This document shows positions 28,104 through 37,370 of a DNA stretch of 64,000 nt, piece by piece. The stretch covers positions 11,686 to 75,685 of the forward strand of contig JAYZBV010000072.1 of the NCBI GenBank assembly GCA_036338595.1. The letters run 5' to 3'. A program made the translations under genes and the position numbers. Positions within the stretch are counted from its first letter, which is position 1. Each line of letters begins with the position of its first letter. A model generated the notes under the pieces. The model was not told where the DNA came from, did not search any database, and saw only the letters and a program-made list of their open reading frames with translations. This stretch comes from Planctomycetota bacterium (GTDB lineage Bacteria > Planctomycetota > UBA8108 > UBA1146).

Positions 28104-29677
28104 AACACCACGATCACCATCCACTCCTCGAGATTCTCCGTGGTCCCGATAGGTCCACCCGCTCGGCACTCGGGATGGTCTCCATCGATCCTGACGAACT
28201 GATTCAGCGCGCCAGATGCTGCGAGCCGGATGTGACGCGGCGCCAGCAATTACTGGAAGAACTGCGCCCTCGGTGGGCGGGATTGGAACTGCCGCCCGCT
28301 GCCAGGGAAGCGGTGAGTCGCCTCGAAGACCCCACCACCCGAATCGTCATCGCCGGCCATCAACCCGCCCTCTGGGGAGGACCACTGCTGGTGATCTCCA
28401 AGATCCTTTCGCTGTTGCATCTGGCAAGCCGGATGGAGGCGGCGGGGATCCCGACGGTGCCGATCTTCTGGGTTGCTGACGACGACCATGACGGATCAGA
28501 ACTCGATCCGGGGTCATTTCTCCATGGGAAGCCACTGGAGATGCCATTTGCGAGGGGGCGACGCCCTATCTTTGACCTGAGGCATCCTCAACTGCCAGAG
28601 GAACGGTTAGCGGCACTCTCCGATGTGATCGGGTCTGCCCCTCATGCGCGGGCTGCGCTGCGCATCGCCTCTGGATCGATCTGTGCTTCTCCGGCAGATG
28701 AGTTCATTTCATTCATCTCACAGGTACTTCCGGATGCGCCGTTGTTGCCGGTATTGCCGCGGTGGTTGCGTGGATTGCAGACGCCAGTGATCGAGCAGGT
28801 GCTCGATGATGTCGACCTGTACCGGGACCTGGTTCAACGATCCATCGATGAGCAGATCGGGTCAGGAGTACCGGCACCGGTCCCGGCTCCGAGGGGTATG
28901 CCACTCTTTGTCATCGACTCCGATGGCCTGCGTCGCCGGCCCGAGGAGCAAGGATTATCGATCGAAGATGTGAGGGGATTGGATCCTGATAGGATCTCCC
29001 CCGATGCGCTGCTGAGGACGATGGTGCAGGACCAGTTGATCGATCCTGTGGCTGTGGTCATGGGTCCTACCGAACTCTGCTACGCCATCGAGACGCGTGC
29101 GGTTCGTCAGCACCGTGGTTGGTCCAGTCCGATGTGGCTTCCCAGACCGAGGCTTCGCCCCATCGGTATCGAACTGATCGAGCAACTCGTCGAGGAGGGT
29201 GTCGCCAGGGATCAGATCCATCCCGGCGCGGAAGCATCCGATCTGATCCAGTGCGAGGAGGCGACCAGAGAGGCGATCCAGATCGCCGGTCTCGGGCAGG
29301 ACCTGATCCAGAAGGTCGAGGCACTCGTATCCCACCCGGATGCGACCATGGCTCTGCGCCGTCGTGCGCGTCGTCTGGTGAAGACCTGGAGACATCAGTT
29401 CCAGCGCCTGGAGATCTCGGTCGAGGGGCAACTGGTCGGGCCGACCGTCGAGGCGAGGCGCAAGAGGGTGACCTCGCTGCTCGAACTCCTGTTTCCGGAT
29501 GGCCGGGAGCCGGAACGATGCCGTAACATTCTCGATCTGATCGGTCACCATGGAATCGATGTGATCGAGCGAATGAGGCGATCGATGGAGGAGGAGGAAT
29601 CGCCATGGGATGGGGCGATCCTTGAATTCCCCGGCGATCCGGTGACGAACAAGGAGAATCTCGATGTGCAGTGTTGA
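28100..29677 (+). CDS. bshC: Bacillithiol biosynthesis cysteine-adding enzyme BshC
   Basis: IAGHQPALWGGPL..ISK, VPIFWVADDDHD, SPDALLRTMVQD, GPTELCY, PRPR, LFP....ER; operon with bshB1 and bshA. Confidence 0.85.
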   Translation: MKHHDHHPLLEILRGPDRSTRSALGMVSIDPDELIQRARCCEPDVTRRQQLLEELRPRWAGLELPPAAREAVSRLEDPTTRIVIAGHQPALWGGPLLVISKILSLLHLASRMEAAGIPTVPIFWVADDDHDGSELDPGSFLHGKPLEMPFARGRRPIFDLRHPQLPEERLAALSDVIGSAPHARAALRIASGSICASPADEFISFISQVLPDAPLLPVLPRWLRGLQTPVIEQVLDDVDLYRDLVQRSIDEQIGSGVPAPVPAPRGMPLFVIDSDGLRRRPEEQGLSIEDVRGLDPDRISPDALLRTMVQDQLIDPVAVVMGPTELCYAIETRAVRQHRGWSSPMWLPRPRLRPIGIELIEQLVEEGVARDQIHPGAEASDLIQCEEATREAIQIAGLGQDLIQKVEALVSHPDATMALRRRARRLVKTWRHQFQRLEISVEGQLVGPTVEARRKRVTSLLELLFPDGREPERCRNILDLIGHHGIDVIERMRRSMEEEESPWDGAILEFPGDPVTNKENLDVQC

Positions 29678-30443
29678 GCAGAAACTGGACCTGCTGGTCA
29701 TCGCAGCTCATCCAGACGATGCAGAGATCGCCATGGGGGGGACGATCCTCGCCACCATCGCCAGCGGCGCGAGGGTCGGGATCGTGGACCTGACCCGTGG
29801 AGAACTCTCGAGTAGAGGTACTCCCGAACTGCGCGCCGAGGAGACGGCGAGAGCGACGGAGATGCTGGGGGTTCATTGGCGAAGTTGCCTCGATCTTGCC
29901 GACGGATCGGTTCGAGATGACGATCCATCTCGTGAGGCTCTCGTCGAGGTGATGCGTCAGACGAGACCCAAGGTTGTGCTGGCTCCCTGGAAGGATGATC
30001 TGCATCCAGATCATGCCGGAGCCGGATTGCTCGCTTACCGCAGCCTCTATCTGGGAGGGGTGCGCCTGTATCCGTCAGGAACCGAGAACAATGTCCAGCA
30101 CCGGGCGTCTACGCTCGGATACTACATGTGCCATACCCCATTCGAGCCAGCTGTGATCGTCGATGTCAGCGAGCACTGGAATCGCAAGATGGAGGTGGTG
30201 AACTGCTATCGATCTCAGTTCCACGACCCGTCTCACCAGGGAGTTCCGACCAAGATCTCCCAACCAGGGTTCATGGCTGCCGTGGAAGGTCGAGCTCGTG
30301 ACCTCGGTACCCGAGCGGGAGTCGAACTGGGCGAGGCGATCGTGTGGCAGGATCCTCCTGCAGTGGCCAACCCGGTCGATCTCGTCGTCGGCAAGGGACT
30401 CACTTCGAACCGGGAAGCGGATGCCATGGGTGGTGATCGATGA
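29664..30443 (+). CDS. bshB1: GlcNAc-malate deacetylase BshB1 (PIG-L family)
   Basis: AAHPDDAEIAMGGT, VDLTRGELSSRGTPELRAEE, HPDH, YRSQF. Confidence 0.9.
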   Translation: MCSVEQKLDLLVIAAHPDDAEIAMGGTILATIASGARVGIVDLTRGELSSRGTPELRAEETARATEMLGVHWRSCLDLADGSVRDDDPSREALVEVMRQTRPKVVLAPWKDDLHPDHAGAGLLAYRSLYLGGVRLYPSGTENNVQHRASTLGYYMCHTPFEPAVIVDVSEHWNRKMEVVNCYRSQFHDPSHQGVPTKISQPGFMAAVEGRARDLGTRAGVELGEAIVWQDPPAVANPVDLVVGKGLTSNREADAMGGDR

Positions 30444-31564
30444 AGATTGCGATGGCGTGTCATCCGACCCATGGCGGAAGTGGGGTTGTGGCTGCAGAAC
30501 TGGGCATGAGACTCGCTGCTCGTGGCAACGAGGTTCATTTTGTTTCCTACGAGAGGCCCTTTCGCCTCGATCCTCTCACCAGCGGGATTCATTTTCACGA
30601 GGTCGAGGTTTCCTCCTATCCACTGTTTCGCTATCCCCCTTATGCGTTGGCGCTGGCGAACGAGTTGCTCCAGGTGGTCCAGTGTGAGGGAGTCGAGATC
30701 ATCCATGCTCATTACGCCATCCCTCATTCACTGGCGGCAGTGCTGGCTCGAAGCATGAATGCTGAAGGCGAAGTGAAGGTGGTCACGACACTTCATGGCA
30801 CCGACATCACGCTGGTCGGGTCCGATCCTTCCTACGCAGGAATAACACGCTGGGCGATCGAGCAGAGTGATCGGGTGACGGTGGTCAGCGATTGGCTCGC
30901 CAGTGCCACCCGCGCCGAACTGGCTCCCGATAAGCATCTCAAGACGATTCCCAATGCTGTAGATTCCGAGGTCTTCTCGCCGCAACAGGCAAATCCGCAG
31001 TTGCGGGCGCGCTTTGCCGCGCCGGAGCAACTGCTCGTGGCTCATGTCAGTAACTTTCGACCGGTCAAGCGAGTCCAGGATGTGGTCACCGCGTTCGCAC
31101 GTGCAGCGTCAGATCTATCCGCAAGACTGTTGATGATCGGCCAGGGTCCAGATCTTTCGCTGGCTCAGGATCAGGCACGCAAACTGGGAGTTTCCGAGAA
31201 GATCTCCTGGCTTGGTCCCATCGACGACATCGCCGCTCTGTTGGCTTGCTGTGATCTGTTTCTCTTGCCGAGTGAAAGCGAATCCTTTGGCCTGGCAGCG
31301 CTGGAGGCGATGGCATCGGGACTGCCTGTGGTGTCGACCCTATCGGGGGGAATTCCCGAGGTCGTTACTGCGGGAGAAACTGGGTTTCTGGCCGAGGTGG
31401 GTGATGTGGATTCGCTCGCCGAGCATTGCCGGGTGTTACTCACAGATGCACAACTGCGAACCAGGATGTCAGAAACAGCACGACTGAAGGCGGCCGAACA
31501 ATTCGGCTGGGATCAGGTGTTGACCGAGTATGAAAAGACCTACGAAGAGGTGCTCTCTCCATGA
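30440..31564 (+). CDS. bshA: N-acetyl-alpha-D-glucosaminyl L-malate synthase BshA
   Basis: [72 protein letters not shown]. Confidence 0.95.
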   Translation: MKIAMACHPTHGGSGVVAAELGMRLAARGNEVHFVSYERPFRLDPLTSGIHFHEVEVSSYPLFRYPPYALALANELLQVVQCEGVEIIHAHYAIPHSLAAVLARSMNAEGEVKVVTTLHGTDITLVGSDPSYAGITRWAIEQSDRVTVVSDWLASATRAELAPDKHLKTIPNAVDSEVFSPQQANPQLRARFAAPEQLLVAHVSNFRPVKRVQDVVTAFARAASDLSARLLMIGQGPDLSLAQDQARKLGVSEKISWLGPIDDIAALLACCDLFLLPSESESFGLAALEAMASGLPVVSTLSGGIPEVVTAGETGFLAEVGDVDSLAEHCRVLLTDAQLRTRMSETARLKAAEQFGWDQVLTEYEKTYEEVLSP

Positions 31565-32082
31565 GGGTGAGGAGATTCGGTAGCGTCCTTGATCTTGCCG
31601 ATGGACCCACCGGCGATCTCGACGGCATGGGGAATGGCGGGCCAGATCGCCTCCAGACATTCGTCGACCGCTTTCGGATTGCCAGGGAGATTGATGACCA
31701 GACAGTTGTCAATCAATCCCACTGCTGCTCGTGACAGGATGGCGGTCGGTACGGCCTCCCAGTTGGCGGCTCTCATCTTCTCGCCGAAGCCGGGCAAGAT
31801 CCGATCGCAACACAGGATCATCGCCTCGGGTGTGATGTCCCGGGGACCGATGCCGGTACCGCCGGTGGTCACCACCAGTGAGCAACGGGTGGCCATGTCA
31901 TGGAGGCTCTCACACACCTGATCGAGTTCATCGGGAACGGTGACCTGGTCGAACTCGATGGGGTCGAGCAGCCTGGGCTCGAGCCACTGGCAGACCGCGG
32001 GACCGCCCCGGTCCTCGTATTCACCTCGAAAAACTCGATCCGAGATGGTCAATACCCCGATGGGGTCGAACTTTGCTGGCAT
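31540..32082 (-). CDS. mog: Molybdopterin adenylyltransferase (Mog/MoaB family)
   Basis: TISDR...G.YEDRGGP, VPDE, TTGGTGIGPRDITPEA, PGFGE.MR, NLPGNPKA. Confidence 0.9.
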   Translation of the reverse strand: MPAKFDPIGVLTISDRVFRGEYEDRGGPAVCQWLEPRLLDPIEFDQVTVPDELDQVCESLHDMATRCSLVVTTGGTGIGPRDITPEAMILCCDRILPGFGEKMRAANWEAVPTAILSRAAVGLIDNCLVINLPGNPKAVDECLEAIWPAIPHAVEIAGGSIGKIKDATESPHPHGESTSS

Positions 32083-32321
32083 TTTCGTTCCTCCGGGAAA
32101 GATCGTAAATCAGGATCAGAAAAGGAGAAAGGGGCCCCAGGGTGGGCACACTCCGACCAAATCTGACATGTTTGGAGAAAATCCGGCTTTTGAGGGGGAA
32201 TTTCAGTTCCGGTGGCGTCATCCTGGTGACTACTGAGGTGGATAGACCCCCTGGTGCTCCCTGGCAGGATTTTGTGTCCTGGAGCGGGGAATCGGGTCGC
32301 CCCCCCGGAGGAAGGAAAATC

Positions 32322-33002
32322 ATGCGCGCTTTCAGTCTGATTCTCGCCTTTGCCCTTGTCGTGTCGACCACCGGCTGGATCGTTGGTCAGTCCAATGAGG
32401 GTGCTCGTAGGCCTCTCGATCTCCCATCCGGCGGTGCCGGAGATGGTGACGAGGATGAAGATGCCCCCGAGTCGATCAACTTCTGGGGTGGTGAATACGA
32501 GGGCGATGCCTTCTTCTGGTGCCTCGACAAGTCGTGCTCGATGAGCTGGAACGGTGAGATCGAGCAGCTCAAGCAGGAGTTCACCCAGACCCTCAACTCC
32601 CTCTCTTCCCAGGCGGAGTTCGGTGTTGTGGCCTTCTCGGAGGGACACATCTCCTGGAATCCGGCACCTCAGCGGGCCAACCCGGCCAACAAGGGATCTG
32701 CCACCGCATGGGTGCTGGCTCTCAACGCTGCGGGTTGGACCTGTATTGGTCCCGCGGGAGTCGAGACTCTCAACATCGCCAACCAGTGTTCGAAGTCGAT
32801 GAAGCAGGTGCTGGTGCTCTCCGATGGCGAGCCGTACTGCAACGGTGCCAATACGGCGACGCAGAGTCTGGCGGACATCACCGCTGCGAACTGGCAGCGA
32901 ATTCCCGTCAATACCATCTACATCGCGACCGACAACGGCGGCATCACCTTCATGCAGCAACTGGCGTCGCAGAACAACGGAACCTTCTTCCAGCCGCAGT
33001 AA
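32322..33002 (+). CDS. Secreted single-domain vWA protein (paralog 1)
   Basis: Signal peptide MRAFSLILAFALVVST; MIDAS-type LDKSCSM, GWT, VLSDGEP; IPVNTI; FMQQLASQNNG; RBS GGAGGAAGG. Confidence 0.85.
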   Translation: MRAFSLILAFALVVSTTGWIVGQSNEGARRPLDLPSGGAGDGDEDEDAPESINFWGGEYEGDAFFWCLDKSCSMSWNGEIEQLKQEFTQTLNSLSSQAEFGVVAFSEGHISWNPAPQRANPANKGSATAWVLALNAAGWTCIGPAGVETLNIANQCSKSMKQVLVLSDGEPYCNGANTATQSLADITAANWQRIPVNTIYIATDNGGITFMQQLASQNNGTFFQPQ

Positions 33003-33110
33003 TCTGCAGGCATGGTGAAGGAAGTACCCAGGAAGAACGGGTCGGCACTGATCGGGTGCCGACCCGTTCTTCACATCTGCTGATCCGGGGAACCGAACCG
33101 AGGAGTCGAA

Positions 33111-34061
33111 ATGGGTCAGAAGATCTTCTGCTTCGGCGCCGTGGTAGTGGATCTCATCGCCCAGGAGGTTGCCGAGATTCCCGGTCCCGGCGATTCTGCC
33201 CGGACCGGATCGATCCGCCTGGCCATCGGTGGCTGCGCCGCCAATACCGCAACCGGTCTGGCTCGCCTGGGACATCCGGTGCGACTCTGTGGAGCGGTCG
33301 GAGATGATCATATGGGAGACTTTCTGCGAGGCGGTCTGGAGCAGGAGGGTGTGGATCTGAGACATTTCTCGGTTCACCCGGGGGTACAGACGGGAGCCAC
33401 CTTTGTCATCAATGTCGAGGGCGAGGATCGTCGCTTCATCTCCGCAACCGGGGCCAACGACGAACCCTGGCCCGAGAAGTTTGACACCACCGCACTCGAA
33501 GATGCAGCCGTTGTGTCCTTCCATGCCTATGGACTGGCAAGGCGACCGGATGTCGAGGATACCAGCCGCATCCTGAAAGCTGCTCGTGCTGCGGGCGCCA
33601 TCACATTGCTGGATGTGATCGTGATTCCAGGCGAGGAGTTGTTGCCCGACCTGAAAGTCCTGTTGCCACTGGTGGATGGTTTCTTCCCGAACGACGATGA
33701 AGCGAGGCGGCTGACCGGCCTCACCGATCCGCGAGAAGCGGCAGCCCGTCTCAGGGATCTGGGCGCATCCACCGTGGTCGTGACGTGCGGAGATCGTGGG
33801 CTGGTGTGGGATTCGCCAGAGGGATGCGGGTCGATGGAAGCCCTGACTGTCGAGACCGTCGATGCGACCGGTTGTGGAGATGCTTTTGGAGCGGGCTTCA
33901 TCGATGCTCATCTGCGCGATGGTGCTCTGAAGGAGAAGTTGATCAGCGGCACCGTCCTGGGAGCCGCTGCTGCGACCGCTTCCGGTGCCATCGATGGCCT
34001 GCCTGATCGATCTCGATTCGAATCGATGATGGAGGCTGGTGTGCCTCAGCTGGTGCGCTGA
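33111..34061 (+). CDS. PfkB/ribokinase family carbohydrate kinase
   Basis: GGCAANTATGLARLG, VGDD.MG, PNDDEA, VVVTCGDRG, VDATGCGDAFGAGF. Confidence 0.92.
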   Translation: MGQKIFCFGAVVVDLIAQEVAEIPGPGDSARTGSIRLAIGGCAANTATGLARLGHPVRLCGAVGDDHMGDFLRGGLEQEGVDLRHFSVHPGVQTGATFVINVEGEDRRFISATGANDEPWPEKFDTTALEDAAVVSFHAYGLARRPDVEDTSRILKAARAAGAITLLDVIVIPGEELLPDLKVLLPLVDGFFPNDDEARRLTGLTDPREAAARLRDLGASTVVVTCGDRGLVWDSPEGCGSMEALTVETVDATGCGDAFGAGFIDAHLRDGALKEKLISGTVLGAAAATASGAIDGLPDRSRFESMMEAGVPQLVR

Positions 34062-34377
34062 CCCCGGTCCCCATCGGCAATTCCTGCCGATGTCAGATCG
34101 CCCCGATTCCTCGCTGTGGAAGCAATTCACCAGGGCGCAATTATCGTGCCCGGAATCGGACGAAATCGCTCGGTACAGAGGGGCCAAAAGCGCAAAAATA
34201 GGGGATCTTTACTAGCCGGCGAGACACACCGGATCTGCTCTTCCAGACAGACATGACGAATCAGCCGGATGGGCTGAGAGGCTGCGATCTTTCACAGATG
34301 GCGCATCTCTGGTGCATCCGGACAGGCGTCGGTGGAAACAGAAGAGGCGGTGGGAGCCGCCCCGAAAAGGAATCAAC

Positions 34378-35142
34378 ATGAACGCGTCGCGAAACGGAAA
34401 CTCGCCAGCCGAAACCGAGATCTCTCGGTGGTTCTTCTCGAAAAGGTTCGAGGCCACATGGTTACATGTACTGCTGTTGGTGATTCCGCTGCTGCTGATG
34501 AGCAGTCTGTGGCTCTTTTCAGCGGAAGGAGAAGAGGCCTACGTTCGACCCCTCGACATGCCCTCCGGTGGCGGGGGCAATGCCGACGACGATGAGGACT
34601 CTCCAGAAACCATCATCTTCTATGGAATGAACTATGAAGGAGACGCGTTCTTCTGGTGCCTCGACAAGTCCGGATCGATGGACTGGGGCGGAGCGATGGA
34701 GGATCTGAAGCAAGAGGTGAACGGGGCAGTGATGTCTCTGAGTCCTGCAGCGGAGTTCAGCGTTGTCGCCTTCAGTACCAATACCGTGGTCTGGTCCCCG
34801 ACACCGAAACCCGCACGACTGGCTGAAAAGGTAGCCGCACTTGCCTGGGTCAATGCGTTGACTCCGAATGGCTGGACATGCATGGCACCAGCAGCGGTCG
34901 AAACCCTCGGCATCTGTAACATGTCATCGAAGCAGCACCGTCAAGTCATCGTTCTCAGTGACGGAGCACCCTTTTGCAACGATGTAGATACATCGACTCA
35001 GGCACTCTCGGAGATTTCGATGGCCAACTGGCAACAGGTTCCCATCCACACCGTCTTCATCGGATCGGACACTGCCGGGATCGATTTCATGCAAACCCTG
35101 GCTGCATTGAATCAGGGGACATTTCACATCTGCGACAATTGA
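34378..35142 (+). CDS. Secreted or membrane-anchored single-domain vWA protein (paralog 2)
   Basis: Hydrophobic N-terminal segment; LDKSGSM, GWTC, VLSDGAP, VPIHTV, FMQTLAALNQG; aligns by eye with 32322-33002. Confidence 0.85.
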   Translation: MNASRNGNSPAETEISRWFFSKRFEATWLHVLLLVIPLLLMSSLWLFSAEGEEAYVRPLDMPSGGGGNADDDEDSPETIIFYGMNYEGDAFFWCLDKSGSMDWGGAMEDLKQEVNGAVMSLSPAAEFSVVAFSTNTVVWSPTPKPARLAEKVAALAWVNALTPNGWTCMAPAAVETLGICNMSSKQHRQVIVLSDGAPFCNDVDTSTQALSEISMANWQQVPIHTVFIGSDTAGIDFMQTLAALNQGTFHICDN

Positions 35143-35201
35143 AACCAGAATGATGAGATCCGGATCGAGGGCTGCAGGGAGGAATCCTTGTCGCCCTCGA
35201 T

Positions 35202-36812
35202 TCAATTCTGGGGGCGTGCTTCGGTGCCTCGAGCTGCGTTCGCCAGAATCCGGCAACTGGCAGCTTCCCGTGGCCGATCCAAACTGGCGTAGATGGAGGC
35301 GAGCGTGTCGTACGCTCCAGAGAGATCGCGATGACGCGGATCGTGAGATCGCAGCTGCTCGACCCCCTGTTCGAGCCAGACCTGAGCACCCAGTAGCAAC
35401 TGGTGCTGGCGATCGGCGTTGACCTGCGGCAGATGTGACCGAGCTTGGAGCGCCTGCAGGTGTGCTTGGGCATTGGCCATCGGTTGTGACCAGCCGGGTT
35501 GGGCTGTGAATGGGCTGTTTGCAACGAACCACCCTGCGGCGGAGACGATCAGCAGCAGCAGGACCATCCGTGTCAGCCTGCGGAGATGGCGGTCAAATTG
35601 GCGCCGAAAGAGCGGATCCTCGCGATGATGATGCAGGACGCGGATCCGGTCGTGGATCGAAGGATGGCGCCATCCATTCCTCGCCATCGGCGTCCCCGAG
35701 ATGCGGGCGATGTGGGCCAGGGTCTGGGCGATGGCTCCCGGTTTTCCAGTCAGTTCGTCGCTGACGATATCTGCGTGATGTTCCAGATGCCGAGACAGGC
35801 GACCGAAGAATATCCATCCTGAAATCGTCAACAGGATCACCAGTGTCACTGCGATGGATCCATCTTGGGACTCCAGAACCAGGAAGATGGCGAGCAGGAA
35901 TCCGCACCCAGTGGCCAGGAAGAGCCAGATATGATGCTGGCGAGCGTGTGCCAGTTCATGGGCAAAGGCAGCATCGATCTCATCGTTGGTCATGTGCATG
36001 ATGAAGTGATCGGTGAGGAAGAACCGCCGTCCGAAGGGCAGCAGTCCGACGATCATCGCGGTGACGAGCGGCTGAGAGCCGGTCAGCCAGATGCGAGGAA
36101 TACCGCTACGAACTCCAGCGCCGGTAGCGATGGAGAGGAGGCGTTCTCGAAGAGGTCCAGGAGGGATCGGGCGAGATGGCAACATGCGACCGACAAAGGC
36201 GGGTAACAGGAAGATGATGGCGATGATCAGAAACCAGTCGCTCGATACCGGCGAGTAACTCTCCAGCGTCAGCCCATGGTCCGGATTGAGGAAGTTCCAG
36301 TGGTCGATTCCGCTCAGTACCGCGATCGGGAGAAGCACCATCAGGCTCAATCGCAGCTGTTCAACAAAGATGGTGAGCATCGCCCTCGGGGAGCGAGTGT
36401 GGGGTCCCCGGTTCAGAGCAAGGACGCAGACAGCGTTAGATACCATCAAGGGAGTGAATGTGAGCAAGGGAGCCACTGCGCACCATTGAGCAGGCAACCT
36501 GGACACGATCAGATCGTGCCAGTTCGCCAGTAGCAGGATCGCTAGCCATGTCAGCAGCACCACGCCGCGTCGGATTCTGAGACCTCGCTGCAGGAGGGTG
36601 TGAGCGGGGATACCCCTGCGAGAGGCGATCCACCGGTATCCAACCACGACGGTGAATGGGACCAGTAACTGAAGAGACACGGGGCCGAGCAACTCTCCGA
36701 AAGGAAGCCAGGGCGTGGCCCAGTGGGTCATGGTTGTGGGAAGCTGCGGAGAGATCTCGCCAACGAAGATCCAGATCAGGATCGCAGCGACCATAGTCAC
36801 CAGATCGAGCAT
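35202..36812 (-). CDS. M48 family integral-membrane Zn metalloprotease
   Basis: Multiple TM helices, EIDAAFAHELAH, EHHAD, HPSIHDRI. Confidence 0.88.
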   Translation of the reverse strand: MLDLVTMVAAILIWIFVGEISPQLPTTMTHWATPWLPFGELLGPVSLQLLVPFTVVVGYRWIASRRGIPAHTLLQRGLRIRRGVVLLTWLAILLLANWHDLIVSRLPAQWCAVAPLLTFTPLMVSNAVCVLALNRGPHTRSPRAMLTIFVEQLRLSLMVLLPIAVLSGIDHWNFLNPDHGLTLESYSPVSSDWFLIIAIIFLLPAFVGRMLPSRPIPPGPLRERLLSIATGAGVRSGIPRIWLTGSQPLVTAMIVGLLPFGRRFFLTDHFIMHMTNDEIDAAFAHELAHARQHHIWLFLATGCGFLLAIFLVLESQDGSIAVTLVILLTISGWIFFGRLSRHLEHHADIVSDELTGKPGAIAQTLAHIARISGTPMARNGWRHPSIHDRIRVLHHHREDPLFRRQFDRHLRRLTRMVLLLLIVSAAGWFVANSPFTAQPGWSQPMANAQAHLQALQARSHLPQVNADRQHQLLLGAQVWLEQGVEQLRSHDPRHRDLSGAYDTLASIYASLDRPREAASCRILANAARGTEARPQN

Positions 36813-36847
36813 GCGGCGTGACCCTTTCGGCTACGCCGCAATGACCA

Positions 36848-37252
36848 TCAGCGGCGTACTTGTGATCGGATCAGGAACTTCATCACCTGATCCTGGTCTT
36901 CCTTCTCGATGTCAGTAAATCGAAGACCGATGGTACAGCGGTCGCGATTTTCAGGGATCTCTTCGATCCAGGACACCTGACAGAGTCCCTTGATGGCATG
37001 ATCGAGGGATGGCAGCAACAGATTCACGCCGACATGGATCTTTCCCATCAGCAGCGCCGGGATCCAGTTGAAACTCGGGATCTTGCCGTGAAGCATCAAA
37101 CCACCGCCGCCGATCTGCGAGGTTGAGCCCTCGAAAACGACGTCTTCAGCGATCTCGACCTCCTTGGAGAGGAACTTGTAGCGGACAGGAATTTCGGTGG
37201 GAAGCCGCACAAATTCGCGGCGCTGGGAAAAACTCTCGATGGCTTCGGTCAC
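36848..37252 (-). CDS. Stand-alone PilZ-domain protein
   Basis: GTG start after CAGGAGG; QRREFVR (RxxxR), GSTSQIGGGG, VSW, IGLRFTDI. Confidence 0.75.
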   Translation of the reverse strand: MTEAIESFSQRREFVRLPTEIPVRYKFLSKEVEIAEDVVFEGSTSQIGGGGLMLHGKIPSFNWIPALLMGKIHVGVNLLLPSLDHAIKGLCQVSWIEEIPENRDRCTIGLRFTDIEKEDQDQVMKFLIRSQVRR

Positions 37253-37370
37253 TTGTGCCTCCTGATGCTGTGGGGGGGGAAGGGGGACCCGAGTGGGGTT
37301 TCCTTCCATCATGAGAATAGGATGTAGAGGCCACTTCGACCAATTGAGGGCCTCTTCGAGAAGCGGAAAA

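Noticed and set aside
34072..34092. Hairpin CATCGGCA/TGCCGATG after the PfkB gene as an intrinsic terminator
   Set aside because: An 8-bp stem is present but there is no U-tract; insufficient support.
32049..34187. 712-aa minus-strand ORF
   Set aside because: Antisense shadow of the vWA and PfkB genes, which have clear family motifs; no recognisable domain.
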